Notes: generated by a model from the sequence alone, not told the origin. A stretch of 63,995 nt of DNA, filler included, from Catajapyx aquilonaris (GCA_000934665.2; 4 parts of 4 records of this genome joined end to end with filler, not necessarily neighbours in it), one strand, 5' to 3'. Positions 39,040 through 51,313 are shown, numbered from the whole stretch's first letter. Translations and numbers: made by a program.

Positions 39040-41325
39040 GACTATAAGACTATATAGACTATAAGACTATAAGACTATCAAGGTGCACGGCAGTGCACCC
39101 CGCCAAGTCCTCACTCCACATCACTCCACACCACACACACAGTCTACATTTCGACACATCACCTACTGCCACTTGTCATGGTAACCAAGCAACCAAATCA
39201 ACATGCACTGCTGTGGGCCTTTTACTCTGCCCTATTCGTATACTACATTTCACCTCCTTCCAGCTCAGCTCGGGAAAACGCTGGAGACCTGAGCTTTACA
39301 AAATAGAATGGCATGGGCCCAGGGACCCTACAAAAAAATATTCATAATTTTGTGACAAAAGGTTCTAGAGATATATAGCCTCAAAAAAGGCCATTTTTCT
39401 TCCAATAATATATGATGATATATAGGTGGTGATAATCAAATTGATCATGTACTTACAGCTATCATAGAGACACCAAATTTCGCATAAAGATAGGTTGCGG
39501 TCTGGGACACTAGGGAAAAGTCCGAAACTGGAACTCGATCATCTAGATTCTAGATGGCGGGCATTTCGAGTCTTAAAAATTCGTAAATCAGCCATTACTG
39601 ATCGCAGAGACATAATGGAAACTGATCTGAAATCCTCAAAACAAGGGCTACTACTTAATATATGAACATTAGGAATAGGCCATCTTGATTCGAGATGCCA
39701 GCTTTTTAATAACTTTAAGAAGCCATTATTGATCATTAGAGACAAAATGGAATCGTATGGAAATCTCAAACCAAGGGGAACAACTCCACAAATAAAAATT
39801 ATTAGGCACCAGACAACTTATTACAAGCATTAGAAAGAGAAAAAAAATCATTGCATATAGGCCATTGTTGATCGATTGTTGATGAACTAACAATTGATTT
39901 CATTACTAACATTGCTGATTGATTGTTGATGCACTAACAATCGATCTGATTATTAGCATTGTTGATCGATTGCTGATCGATTGTTGATGAACTAACAATA
40001 AAATAATGAGACAGCAAAATAATAGTGAATTCGTGCTTTACCGTGTACGTTTGGGAATAATTTCCAATAACGATATCCAGGTAGCCTACTTACTGAGAGA
40101 TTCGTGAATATCGCGTCGACTGATCCTACTGGCTGATTCGATCACCTTACGAGTCAATTATCCAGCCTGCCAGAAGATGCAATATTTTTTGTTTGCTACC
40201 AACCAACCACATTGTGCAAAACCTTACATAAAGCCATACTTGAAGCTATAAACTCTCCTGAGATCATCCTGGAAGCTGAGGACTCGTTGGACTGTCCCAG
40301 ATCTATGCTCCAGTCAATAAGCTATACTCAAAAAGTACGAAGAGGATTGTTCTAATCTAATACGGCTGGTTTGGAAAAAAAAAAACCCCCATTACTACAT
40401 TAAACTTGGCACAAAGATTATGTTAAGAAGAAACATTGATGTTACTCTTGGGTTGGTTAACGGTGCAGTGGATACCGTACTGAGTGTTATGTATGACCCA
40501 GACACTCCAAAAAAAAGTAAGCTCCATAAAAATTCAACTTTCTTTCGGATTGGAATACGATTTAGGGCCTGTAAAGAGCATATTTGAAGTTACAACTAAA
40601 GCATTCGTCTATAGAAAACAGTTCCCTATAACGATAGCTTATACGGCATCACAATTCACAAGAGTCACGGCTTGAGCTTAGACACTGCCCTAATCGACAT
40701 CGGCTCATCACTTTTCTGTTGCGGCCAAACCTACGTAGCCTTGGCTCGTGTCACAACAATTGACGGAATCCATATAATCAACGTTGACCATACCCAGGTA
40801 AAAGCTAACCCAATAGAAACTCCTTATACTGGAATACAACAGACTCGTACATAATATTAGACAAAATATCACAAAGTAGCCCTCCTAATGTCACGGAAAC
40901 AAGGTAGATGTGTATGATGGGAAAGTTGTTGGTTTGGGGTGTTGGAATAGTGTTTGGAAGAGCATGGCATGGGCGGCCCTCTTACAAACATGTTATGTGT
41001 GTCCTCTGACACTTTGAAAATAAAAACCTATTTATTCCACACTTATATCGCATTCTCGTGTGTACCGGAGAAAATATCACTCCTTATTTACTGCAACTGC
41101 ACAAAAAGTCTTGAGATCTAACCCAAAACGGACTCGTAAAAAACCGCCAAGTCCTTAGCCACTCCGCCTAAAAAAGTCGTGAGATCATGGGTGGACACCA
41201 AGCCTCTTTGTGAGACTATAGATTAAGTCAAGTTACTTGGCTCACGATTGAAGACTATAGACTTACAACTCGTAGACTTGGCGCATGGTTCGAGACTATA
41301 GACTAAGGTGAGCGACTTGGTTCAC
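39040..41325 (+). mobile_element. Helentron/Helitron2-derived element in the last anoctamin intron
   Basis: (TAAGAC)n-like start; ccgccaagtcct motif near both ends (~39100, ~41145); internal helicase relic. Boundaries approximate. Confidence 0.6.
40020..40850 (+). pseudogene. PIF1-family helicase fragment of a Helentron RepHel protein, frameshifted
   Basis: IKLGTKIMLRRNIDVTLGLVNGAV, YRKQFPITIAY, ITIHKSHGLSLDTALIDIG, GQTYVALARV. Confidence 0.88.
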
Positions 41326-41855
41326 CGGGCATGAAGAGCAATAGGCGGCTTAATGATAAAATTTAGTAGTTTCTGATCAACCAATGACTGTTACATGCCT
41401 TCCATTTACTGCTGTAATATCCAGACCGCAATTCCTTAATTATCGTATATTCATGTAGTAACAAATTCCCCCTTCAAACCATACAGGGTTTTCTCAACTC
41501 GCGTCCAAAACTTCTATGGTGAACTCCTGAGCACCAGTGAATCGCTTCACCTGCTCTATGTAAAGTGATCCACTGGTGCACACGAGTTCAACCTCAAAGT
41601 TTTGGACACGAGTTGTGAAACACCTTGTACCGGTATAATTCTCCGTGAGCCAAGTCTCTCACCTTAGTCTATAGTCTCGAACCATCCGCCAAGTCTACGA
41701 GTTGTAAGTCTATAGTCTCCAATCGTGAGCCAAGTAACTTGACTTAATCTATAGTCTCACAAAGAGGCTTGGTGTCCACCCATGATCTCACGACTTTTTT
41801 AGGCGGAGTGGCTAAGGACTTGGCGGTTTTTTTACGAGTCCGTTTTGGGTTAGAT
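41116..41855. repeat. ~210-bp inverted repeat (41116-41325 / 41645-41855) enclosing a small TA-flanked MITE (~41484-41627)
   Basis: The two arms match as reverse complements with only a few mismatches. Confidence 0.9.
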
Positions 41856-41952
41856 AAAATTCACTGGACTGCTATAGATCGGGAGCAGTAATGAATTGAT
41901 ATTATCAAAAGGGATGAAATCAGTGTAATAATGGAATGACGCCTTTTGACAG

Positions 41953-42375
41953 CACTTGGTGTTCGCCCTGACCGGAATTATGGCATTCGCAATCCCTGAT
42001 GTACCCCAGGAAATCCAGACCCAGATCCAGCGGGAGAAACTGCTGGCAAAGGAAGCCATGTTCGAGACGGAGGTGGCTAAGCTAAGGCAGGAACGGTTCC
42101 ATGCCAACAGCAATGGTGATGCTACGGTTCCATTTGATGAGTCGGACCGCATCAGGGCCACCCTGGCCTCTTCGGCCAGCAGGACTTTCCCGCTCTTCCA
42201 CAACTCCATGAGGCTCAGAACAGCACTCAGCAACGCGGGATACCTAGTAGGGCCCAATGGGTCCGCATCGGCTGGAGGTAGAGGAATACCCAGTCACATC
42301 AGCATTGTACAGCAAGGGCACAAAGGAACGCCACCTTCCAACCAGGGTACCCCAGAGTCACGACACCAAGACTAA
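41953..42375 (+). CDS. Anoctamin final coding exon
   Basis: gacag|HLVFALTGIMAFAIPDVPQEIQTQIQREKLLAKE...QD*; IPDVP..I.RE is the anoctamin C-terminal motif. Confidence 0.93.
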   Translation, partial: HLVFALTGIMAFAIPDVPQEIQTQIQREKLLAKEAMFETEVAKLRQERFHANSNGDATVPFDESDRIRATLASSASRTFPLFHNSMRLRTALSNAGYLVGPNGSASAGGRGIPSHISIVQQGHKGTPPSNQGTPESRHQD

Positions 42376-42702
42376 AAACTTGCTTGTCAGGACAACGGGA
42401 AAGCGGGGGTGTCATTGGGTCAGATTCACAGTCAGCTTTTCCCTTTTAATATCCCTCGTTATGTCCACCATGTGGTCGCTCAATTACAAGCCAAATTGCC
42501 TTCAAGAAGGTCCTCACAAGACAGTACTTGCCGTTGTTTATGCATAGCCAGTAAGCAAGCTACACAAAAATGGACATTTTGCGTAGTCATCCAAAGCTAC
42601 GAAACACAATTGCACATTATTTGAAGTATGTGGAAAGATATTATATCCTCCTGGTATCCTTTCATCTGAAAACCTTTTTGTGAAGACTGAAATTAGTAAT
42701 TA

Positions 42703-44885
42703 CACTGTTTTGCAAAAAAAACTTTCACTCGCTCTTTTGAAACCTTTTGTGTGCTTTTTATGGATTTTGGGGTGCTGAATCCTAATCCGGCAACGGATTT
42801 GCTCTATCACGTACAGTTTTTGAGATATATCGTTTTAAAACTTTGGACGGTTTACTCGGTAGGAGTCTTTCCGAATCAAGTGGGCCTAAATCTTGCTAGA
42901 CCGCCTCGGATCTTGGTGAAAATAATCCCAGATGTACTCAACTATTCTGTAACGCTGCCTATAAAGATTCAGCCATATTGCTCAATACTATGAGGGGAAA
43001 ATCGCAAACATCTGGAAATGGCTGAAAATGAGGCCTTTTTTGGAGAATTTTTTTCTGCTAGTAGAAGTGGTCAAAACCCAATGAACATAAATATCAAAAG
43101 AAAGGGAAACACCAGAAAAATGCGCCTATGGAATAGGGTTTTCTCTCAAATGTAAAAATAAATTTTTATAGCATTTCATTGGTCACTTGCTCAGTCACAT
43201 GCCCAAGAATATAAGAGAGGTTGAGTACACAACCTCTCTAATACAGGGTTGGGCAAAATGTATGGCCTGATTTGAATCACGTGGTACTATGATGCTGTTT
43301 GAGCATGCAGGGGATATTGGCATGTGCTGGAGTGGGGAAGGTTTGCCATTTGCAAAAATGGTGTCGTGGTCGCCAGAGCACTGTGCATTCTTTGTGGAGA
43401 CTTATTTTAAAATTAACGAGTTCCCCATAGCTCTACGAAGGATATTTCTTAGCCATTTTGAACTGGGATATCAGGACGAAGTTATCAACCACCAGACAAA
43501 CATAAGGTGGGTGAAGCAATTCCTGAACACATCATCATGCCTGGACCAGAATAGCACTGTCCAAGGAGTCCTTGGACAGTGCTATTCTAGGACACAACGG
43601 ACCCCCACCCAAAGGGTATTCAACGCACAACTCCGAATTCCTGGGCTATTGGCCGTTCCAAGCGTCCAAAAAGGTTCTTCGGGCCACTTTGTCCCTTGCT
43701 TTCAATTGTTGCACAGCTTGATCTTGTAAGGATATAAGTGCAGGACATCATGGATGATGTAGCACAGGGAGTGTGCCAACATTCATAGTGCCAAGGCGTG
43801 CCTAACTGCTGATCACTAAGGACTTCGGAGGAGCGCATTGTGGACATCTTGGGAGGGTCGGCTATGTCCTTGGATGTCGAGTGCTTTTTTGGTTTCTGAT
43901 GCTGTGTCCCGGAACTGCTTCACCCCCCTTATGATTGCCTGATGGTCGGGGACTTGGTTCTGACGTCTCAGCCCAAAATGGTGAAGAAAGATCCTTCGCA
44001 CAGCTCTGGTGGAGTCATTATTTTTAAAATAAATCTCCATGATGACTGCACGGTGCTTTGCAGACCAAGACACCATTTTTGCAAATGGCAAACCTTCCTT
44101 ACTCCAGCACATGCCCATATCCCTTGCATGCTCAAACAGCACCACCGTACCACGTGATTCAAATCAGGCCATACATTTTGCCCAACCCTGTATATTGTGA
44201 CCTCAACAATTATTATAATCGACTGCCCTTGGCCGACTCCCTCTCGTACCTTTTACATTATACAAAAACGTATATCATTGGTTCGGGCTGTCCTGCGGGG
44301 AAAACCCTTACGCAGTCCTGGAAGTACACTGCGACAACTGTGAAAAACAACGATTCTTGATTTAAGTGTCGTACATCCCAAAATTTGAGTTTTCTCAAAT
44401 GTTGTACGTGATAGAGCCATTCTGACTTCAGATCTGGATTCAGCACACCTTAATCTATATAGTACATCTGCTTTTATCCAAAAGAGGATTTTGCTGCAGA
44501 ACATGTTGAGGTCACAATATATTCTTGGGCATGTGACTGAGCAAGTGACCAATGAAATGACATAAAAATTGAGCAATATGGCTGAATCTTTATAGGCAGC
44601 TTTGAGGAATAGTTGAGTACATCTGGAATTATTTTCACCCAGATCTGAGGCGGTCTAGCAACATTAAATTTAGGCCCACTTGATTCGGAAATACCCCTAG
44701 TAAATCGTCCCAAGTTTTGAAACGATATATCTCCAAAACTGTACGTGATAGAGCAGATCTGTTGCCGGATTCGGATTCAGCACACCAAAATCCATAAAAA
44801 GCACATAAAAGTTTTCAAAAGAGCGAAAGAAAGTTTTAATTTTGTTTAATTTTTTATATATATAATTATTTTTTGCAGAACAGTG
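42703..44885. mobile_element. Non-autonomous Chapaev3-like (CMC) element with long inverted arms
   Basis: tta|CACTGTTTTGCAAAAA...TTTTTGCAGAACAGTG|tta (3-bp TSD). Arms 42719-43213 plus 44191-44208 are inverted against ~44503-44837. Subterminal tacgtgatag..ttcagcac motifs. Confidence 0.75.
43244..44190. mobile_element. Tc1/mariner (DUF4817-HTH, rosa/DD41D-like) derivative made of two inverted 5' ends
   Basis: TA|CAGGGTTGGGCAAAATG...CATTTTGCCCAACCCTG|TA. Both arms encode the same HTH start: MVSWSPEHCAFFVETYFK (+) and MVSWSAKHRAVIMEIYFK (-). Confidence 0.8.
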
Positions 44886-45106
44886 TTATTCCATTAGCCG
44901 CTTTTGCCAACGATTCACACATTACTGTACAGGTCTACATCTCAAAGAGCTCAAATCAAATATTGTACTTTAAAACGCTGTCAATAAGTGGTGCCTTACG
45001 TGTTACGAATTTCGAAATTTTACGTGCATTTCAGCAAGAGTACATGTGTCGGCATTACAAACAAAAATGAAGCATGGTTGACACCTGTGTTTCTCGACCA
45101 CCATTA

Positions 45107-45424
45107 AGGGGTCGTGCAAATACCACGTGACCGATTTTAGGCCACTTTTTGACCCCCCCCCCCCNNNNNNNNNNNNNNNNNNNNNNNNNNNNNNNNNNNN
45201 NNNNNNNNNNNNNNNNNNNNNNNNNNNNNNNNNNNNNNNNNNNNNNNNNNNNNNNNNNNNNNNNNNNNNNNNNATCTGTAAAAGCTCCCATATGTGCCCA
45301 TTCACAGTGTTCAGAGATACCACATGAATTTTCGCCTCCCCCCCCTCCCCCCCCCCCGTGACCAACCGTGGTATATCAGCAACCCCCCTCCCCCAAAACG
45401 GTCGCATGGTATTTGCACGACCCC
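45107..45424. mobile_element. PIF/Harbinger-like MITE containing a genuine assembly gap (45165-45273)
   Basis: TIR ggggtcgtgcaaatacca / tggtatttgcacgacccc. Confidence 0.7.
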
Positions 45425-46229
45425 GAATTATTTCAATGCAGTAGACTTCTATAGTATACTGCAGTACGGTAAGGCAGAAGTACCTTGTGGCGTCCCGCAA
45501 GGAGTTGAAGCCTGGGGCGTCATGCGACGAGTCTCCCAAAAAGCATGTATGGGACGAAACTTGGATTAAATGACTGAATCATTATAGTTCGTGCTATCCA
45601 ACTGGGTGGTGTGCAGAGGTTCACTAAATAGATCTTATTTGGCTTTTTGGGTGACTTGTCTTGGAAACCTCATTCTCAAGGTGGCATCACTCTTAGAACG
45701 TCACAACCCCGCTCCATTACTGTATGACTAATGTGTAAGCTGTTCCCTGAACTCATTAAAACTTTATATGTAAGGCCTATTTATTTATGGATAGGCTACA
45801 AGTATATATTTTTGAAACTTCTCTCAAATAATATGCAGCGCTTTTTCAAGTGACAATTTATTAGTCCAAATGTCATCCTTAATGCTGTTGTCAAACTGTA
45901 CAGTACACTATAAATAAAAAATACAAATATCACTTGGAAGGAAAAATTTCCGGAAAATCACTGTTCCACCAGGGTAGCCTGGTATGGCTGGGGACATTGC
46001 CATACCACAACTTCCTCTTTATTATGATCCAGAGTTGTTAGCCTGCCAGTGATCCCATGTACTGTAGAAGACTCATCAAACAGCGTGAGATATCTCTGAC
46101 ACCGACATGGGTTCGTTCCAAAAATGAGTTTCCTTTCGCGATTATTTCCGAATATATTGTACGTACTGTGACGTCCCTTACTAGAGAGCGCATGCGCGCG
46201 GACCTAGGGGGAGCTCTCTGTATGATTCA

Positions 46230-46317
46230 CGCCGGCCCTAATAATACAACAGGTATAATGGTGCAACCGTTTATAAACGGTTGCACCATTATACCTGTTG
46301 TATTATTAGGGCCGGCG
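46230..46317. repeat. Perfect spacerless 88-bp palindrome
   Basis: cgccggccctaataatacaacaggtataatggtgcaaccgttta|taaacggttgcaccattatacctgttgtattattagggccggcg. Confidence 0.95.
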
Positions 46318-46636
46318 CAAATGAGGAAATGTGGGAGGCAGGAAACTTGCACGCATAATCCAAATACTCATTTTGCCTGCTAGACGGCTAGTATGGAGGG
46401 TACAAAGCAGCTCTATGACACTCCTCGAATACGGTAGTAGTGTAATAACTGTGTCACATCGTTCGCTAAGACGCCATCTTGTTCAAGGTGCAACTCCTGT
46501 GGTAGGTAGCGGGTAGTCTGCCCAGGGGCGGACTGGGCCGGGCGGGGAGCTCTTTTGCGCCAGATTCGAATTGCCATTTGACGGCTCGCAATGGCCTTAC
46601 CGTTCCCAACTTGTATTTTGAGTGGAGTGTCCCTTT

Positions 46637-47386
46637 AAGGACGTCGCTTTTCGAATTTTTGACAGCAAATATGAATTCTAAGGTGTCTAAAACCTATATC
46701 AGGGGTATTCAACTACGTAGTTTCTGACAATGTCCAGTATTTACCTTTCCTGGGCCATTGAAGGTTCGGACCCCCTCCCCGGTGAAGATATGGATTTTAT
46801 ATTTTTATATGGTACCACAGTGTTCGTTTTTGAAAATAGAAATATGTGGACATTTTCGCCCTTTATGTGTGTCCTATACAGGTGCGTAGGCAGAAAAATT
46901 TGGGAGGTGGGCCCATTTCATACGCACAAGGTGAACAAGCCATAAAGGGCGGGGAGCAAGCCCGCCGCAGGCGAAATTTTTAGGGGGGTTGAAGGTTACA
47001 CGAGCTTAGGTGAAAGTGGGAGATTTGAATGGGTGTGTATTTGATAAAATTGGCAGCACCTTTTCCAAAAAATCATGAATTAGTAATTTCTAATGCTTTA
47101 TCAAACTGTCCTGTATATCGTCGCCGTCCGGACAAAATTACGTCGCGGTCCGGATCCGGACCGCGGTCCGCCAGTTGAATAGCCCTGACCTATATTTTCA
47201 TACTCGATTCATACCAGGCATGTCACAAGTAGCTCTTGCATGATAACTACAATAGTGTTTCTTTGCATACATATGGGTTACCGTCGGCCTGTTTGACATG
47301 CTTGATATGAATCGAGGATAAAAATATTGGTTTTCGACACCTTAGAATTCATATTTGCTGTCAAAAATGCAAAAAGGGACACCCTT
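46637..47386. mobile_element. MITE with long TIRs, interrupted by a hAT element
   Basis: tttttgacagcaaatatgaattctaaggtgtc is inverted at ~47336-47367. The left arm resumes after the hAT TSD. Confidence 0.7.
46700..47187. mobile_element. Non-autonomous hAT element
   Basis: Perfect 8-bp TSD ACCTATAT on both sides; TIRs CAGGGGTATTCAAC / GTTGAATAGCCCTG. Confidence 0.92.
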
Positions 47387-47452
47387 GAAAATTTACCATA
47401 TCATTTTAGAAGGTCCAATACACCATGGCCGCTTGAATAGTTGCTTCTTGTA

Positions 47453-47802
47453 TTGTCTGACCAGAAGCTAAACAGAGTTGGTGGGTTTTCCCCATCAACC
47501 CAAAATCCCCCACGCCAACCCACCCCCTCGAAAATGCCACAATTCCCAACAATATTAATCCGCAAAAGGGTTCGGAAATATCAGTTTAAAAGGAGACGTT
47601 GCCATAATTGTGGATCTGTGGTTATTATACGTATAAGAAATTGTAATAAGGCACCTTGATGGGCAACATCGTATTCCGGTCTGACCTTTCCGAACTTTTT
47701 TGCAGATTAAGATTGTCGGGAAGTGGGGCATTTTCGAGGGGGTGGTGGATTTTGGGTTGATGGGAAAAACCCACCAACTCTCTCTAACTTCTGGTCAGAC
47801 AA
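47453..47802. mobile_element. TA-flanked MITE (Tc1/mariner superfamily)
   Basis: TA|TTGTCTGACCAGAAG...CTTCTGGTCAGACAA|TA with extended imperfect arms. Confidence 0.82.
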
Positions 47803-48122
47803 TATGGCTGGTTCACGAGCAATACTACTAGCTTTTCTGACGTCAGCTCCCCCTCCCTTCTTCTCTTCTCAGAACTGTGACGTACCCACGGCCATTCCCC
47901 CAGGGCTCCCACCTTTTTCTTATGGAAAAGTTGAATTATCAAACTTTAATTACAAATTCCTGGATGCGGTGAAAAATATGCAGATTTTTTTCCAGATTCC
48001 TCGACACACTGTCATTGACATATATAATCCAATCCAACGACATGCACGAGGAAATATCTATTTTAAATGCGAGAAATGCGCCCAGATAACTCATCATTAG
48101 CATGTCGAGTCAAAGTATAGCA

Positions 48123-48222
48123 NNNNNNNNNNNNNNNNNNNNNNNNNNNNNNNNNNNNNNNNNNNNTTAATTAATTAANNNNNNNNNNNNNNNNNNNNNN
48201 NNNNNNNNNNNNNNNNNNNNNN
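48123..48222. other. Artificial contig spacer
   Basis: 44 N + TTAATTAATTAA + 44 N. Confidence 0.97.
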
Positions 48223-48520
48223 ACTAATAAACTAATAAATAGCTAATACTAATAAACTAATAAATAGCTCATACTAATAAACTAATAAATAGCTAATACT
48301 AATAAACTAATAAATAGCTCATACTAATAAACTAATAAATAGCTAATACTAATAAACTAATAAATAGCTAATACTAATAAACTAATAAATAGCTAATACT
48401 AATAAACTAATAAATAGCTCATACTAATAAACTAATAAATAGCTCATACTAATAAACTAATAAATAGCTAATACTAATAAACTAATAAATAGCTAATACT
48501 AATAAACTAATGAATAGCCA
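48223..48520. repeat. 25-bp minisatellite, ~12 copies
   Basis: actaataaactaataaatagct(a/c)at. Confidence 0.93.
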
Positions 48521-49632
48521 ACATTAATCTCATACTACAATAATAATTGCATTGCTAGTATATAGAATAGCTGATGTAGAATTAATGCAATAGCTAATAC
48601 CAAGAGCTAATAACTTGCTAATACCAGTATACTACTACATCGCTGATATAATCATAATGTACAAATATAAACATACAGAATGTAATGGAAGTGACAATGT
48701 TGTTTCGGTGGGGCTGCTGATGCTGTTGCAATGTCAAGAGATGAGCTCAGGTGTTAAGTGCGGCTTAATTGTATCCCTTGGGGGTTGAGGTGCAAGTAGA
48801 GTCTCCCAATCTAGCTAATGGGTCCAGACAAAGGGAGGCTTGGAGGGGAGGGAGGGAAGGGAAGGGGAAGAAGGAAAAAAAAAGAGCGTTGGCAGCTTCC
48901 ATCCGGATTACATCCAAGGCACACGTACGTAACCTTCAAAGCGGTTGGATTCGCATCAGATTGATACCACCTGACCCAATTCTTGAGGAAGCAGCCCCGC
49001 TAAAATTCAACCTTTTCCCTTCTTACCCCCTCCTCCTACAACGCTAATTAATGATGATGGAAAACCCAAAAGCTTTTACTTCTGCAGCCATAGAGAGTAA
49101 TTTCCTGGCCAGGAACGCAAGCTAATTATCCGAAATAATTTCTCCCCCTCACTCCCAACCGCGACGGGCTTTTCCTGTTTCTCTCATTATCCGCTCTCTA
49201 ATGCTACGTGACTGTCAACGGCTCTGCCATCTTGGGACACTCGCAACAACTAGGATGGATGGCATGTTCATACAGCTGCATTAAAATAATAATAAGTACA
49301 TCAGTACAAAATAAAAGAACTTCATTCGCTAATAAAATTCTCACAATCAAGAAGCACTACTTTACAATCAAGTTAAAGTCTGTAAAATTATTTATTATGA
49401 CGATTGTCCAGATGCACGTAAAAGGCGCCCCTGTGGAATTACCACATTTACTCGCACACTGCATACAAATTCTGATCAGCAGACTGGCACATGTGCGATG
49501 ATTTACTGAACGTCGCTTGTACTTAAAACCATTTCCTCAGGTCATGACTTTTTTAAAAAGTGCGAGTAAACATGGTGACATACCATATCGGACACTAATT
49601 TTGCACCAATGTGACATGTACACTTGAATAAA

Positions 49633-50230
49633 TTAAGAGTCATCGTCACTGTCTTCTCTGGAGGCGTACAGCGCTTCGTTACGTCTCTTGAACTTCTTGA
49701 CCGTCGGGGACACCTCGTCTTCCGGCCCTCTCTTCGCTTCCTCGCTGCAATTTGGGTCAATCTTAGGTTGGCTCGTGCTCAAATCAACAGCCACATCTTC
49801 ATCCGACTGTTTCGGCGGTGGGAGCGACAGTCCGCCCAACTTGCCACTACTCACTTCCTCTTTTTCATCGCCGTCTTCCTCTTGTTCATCGCCCTCGCTC
49901 AGGTTAATCTCCTCTGGATTTATCGACACCTGGGTCGTCCCAGCGTCAAGCGTGAGGTCGGCTTCTGACTGGTTGAATATGTCACTTAGAGAGACATGGC
50001 CGCCTCTGTCGTCCCCGTTGACTATGAGGGCCATCGGGTCGTCTATACCCAGCTGCGAGCAGAACGAGGTCGTCTGGGGGTTGACCTGTGCTTTAGGCGG
50101 CCGCGTCTGATGGCGGCTTGTGCTGTCGAAGGCTGGTACTGTCCGGGAGAAAGCGTCCGGCTTGATTGTCATGTCTCCGAAGCTCTCCACGGTCTCTTTG
50201 ATCTCGTCTTCGGTCGGTGTGAAATTCCAT
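49633..50230 (-). CDS. DBR1: Lariat debranching enzyme, second coding exon
   Basis: A 54-bp GT-AG intron (50284-50231) joins PGHSDR|WNFTPTEDE. NPQTTSFCSQLGIDDP, acidic tail and KKFKRRN NLS-like motif. Confidence 0.93.
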
Positions 50231-50284
50231 CTGCAATCAACAAATTGTCAAACACGTTCATTGATAAGGGTTCGAGCCAATTAC

Positions 50285-51204
50285 CTGTCTGAGTGTCCGG
50301 GACCGGGCATGTAGTGTGTCCCATTTTTGACGGACAGCAGGTGGTTCGTAAGCCTCAGGATTGTGAGCCACTGCGGATCATGCTGCAGATGCAAATCCTG
50401 CTCGTCGCATGGGATGTCCACTACCTGCAGGAACCGGCGTCTCGGCAGGCACTTGTCCAGGGCCAGAAACCGTGTGATCCGTCCCTCTGACTGCGGGACC
50501 AACGCTGCGAACTTCACATGCAAATGGGCTGCAAACCAGTACTTGGGCTGCAGTTGCTCAAGAAGATCCTGGCACGGCCTGCTTCCAAGCTGGCACGACT
50601 CGACCTCCGCCTTGAAATACGGCTTCATCCGCAACAGTGCTTCTTGATCTCCATGTTTGTACACGCCTCGAGGCCAGTCGTGCGATATGAACACGTCAAT
50701 CTGGCCAGGAGGTAGCTGCTTCAGCTTAAACACATCCGCTGCTCGTACGTGGTACACGCTACGTACGCTCTCGCTGCTGTACGGCGCACGTTCGTGATGG
50801 CCTTTGAGGTAATCGTGCCCCTTGTATATTCCGCTCAGCCCGGCGATGCGTAACCCGCCGAAGCGTACAACCCCGGCGTACCCCATGTAGTAAATGTTTG
50901 GCGCGACCCACCCGCCGTACGCCAACTCCTGCAGGTAGTTGGACGCCTCGTGGTTCCCCCCGATGAACAGGGTCAGCACGGGGGCCACGCTTTCCCCGGA
51001 GTAGTACCGATAGAACGTCCCCATCTCCCTGTACTTGGGCGGCACGGCCATGCAGTGCATGTCCGCCTGGTTGCGCATGGCCTGGAAGTCCCCGCAGCAT
51101 ATGAGCAGGTCCACCTTCACGTTCTGCGTACTCTGCAGGTGCTGGAGGGACTCGTACACCTTGTCCAGGCAGCCATGGCAGCAGCCCTCGACCGCCACCT
51201 TCAT
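50285..51204 (-). CDS. DBR1: Lariat debranching enzyme, first coding exon (505 aa in total)
   Basis: [48 protein letters not shown]: the full DBR1 metallophosphoesterase motif set. Confidence 0.97.
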
Positions 51205-51299
51205 CCTCACCCTGCAAGTACCATTACATACACTGTAATAAATGTACGAAAGGTCTTCTTACATGGCATGTATATGAGGTGAAGTTTGTCTGTTCGTGG

Positions 51300-51313
51300 C
51301 TTACCATGGCAAC
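51300..51313. promoter_or_regulatory. RFX X-box-like site, overlapping a possible 5' splice donor
   Basis: CTTACCATGGCAAC matches GTTACCATGGCAAC at 13/14; ~100 bp upstream of the DBR1 ATG. Confidence 0.4.

Noticed and set aside
49624..51282. Plus-strand ORFs opposite DBR1, and minus-strand ORFs opposite anoctamin and the secreted genes
   Set aside because: Antisense shadows of GC3-rich coding exons.
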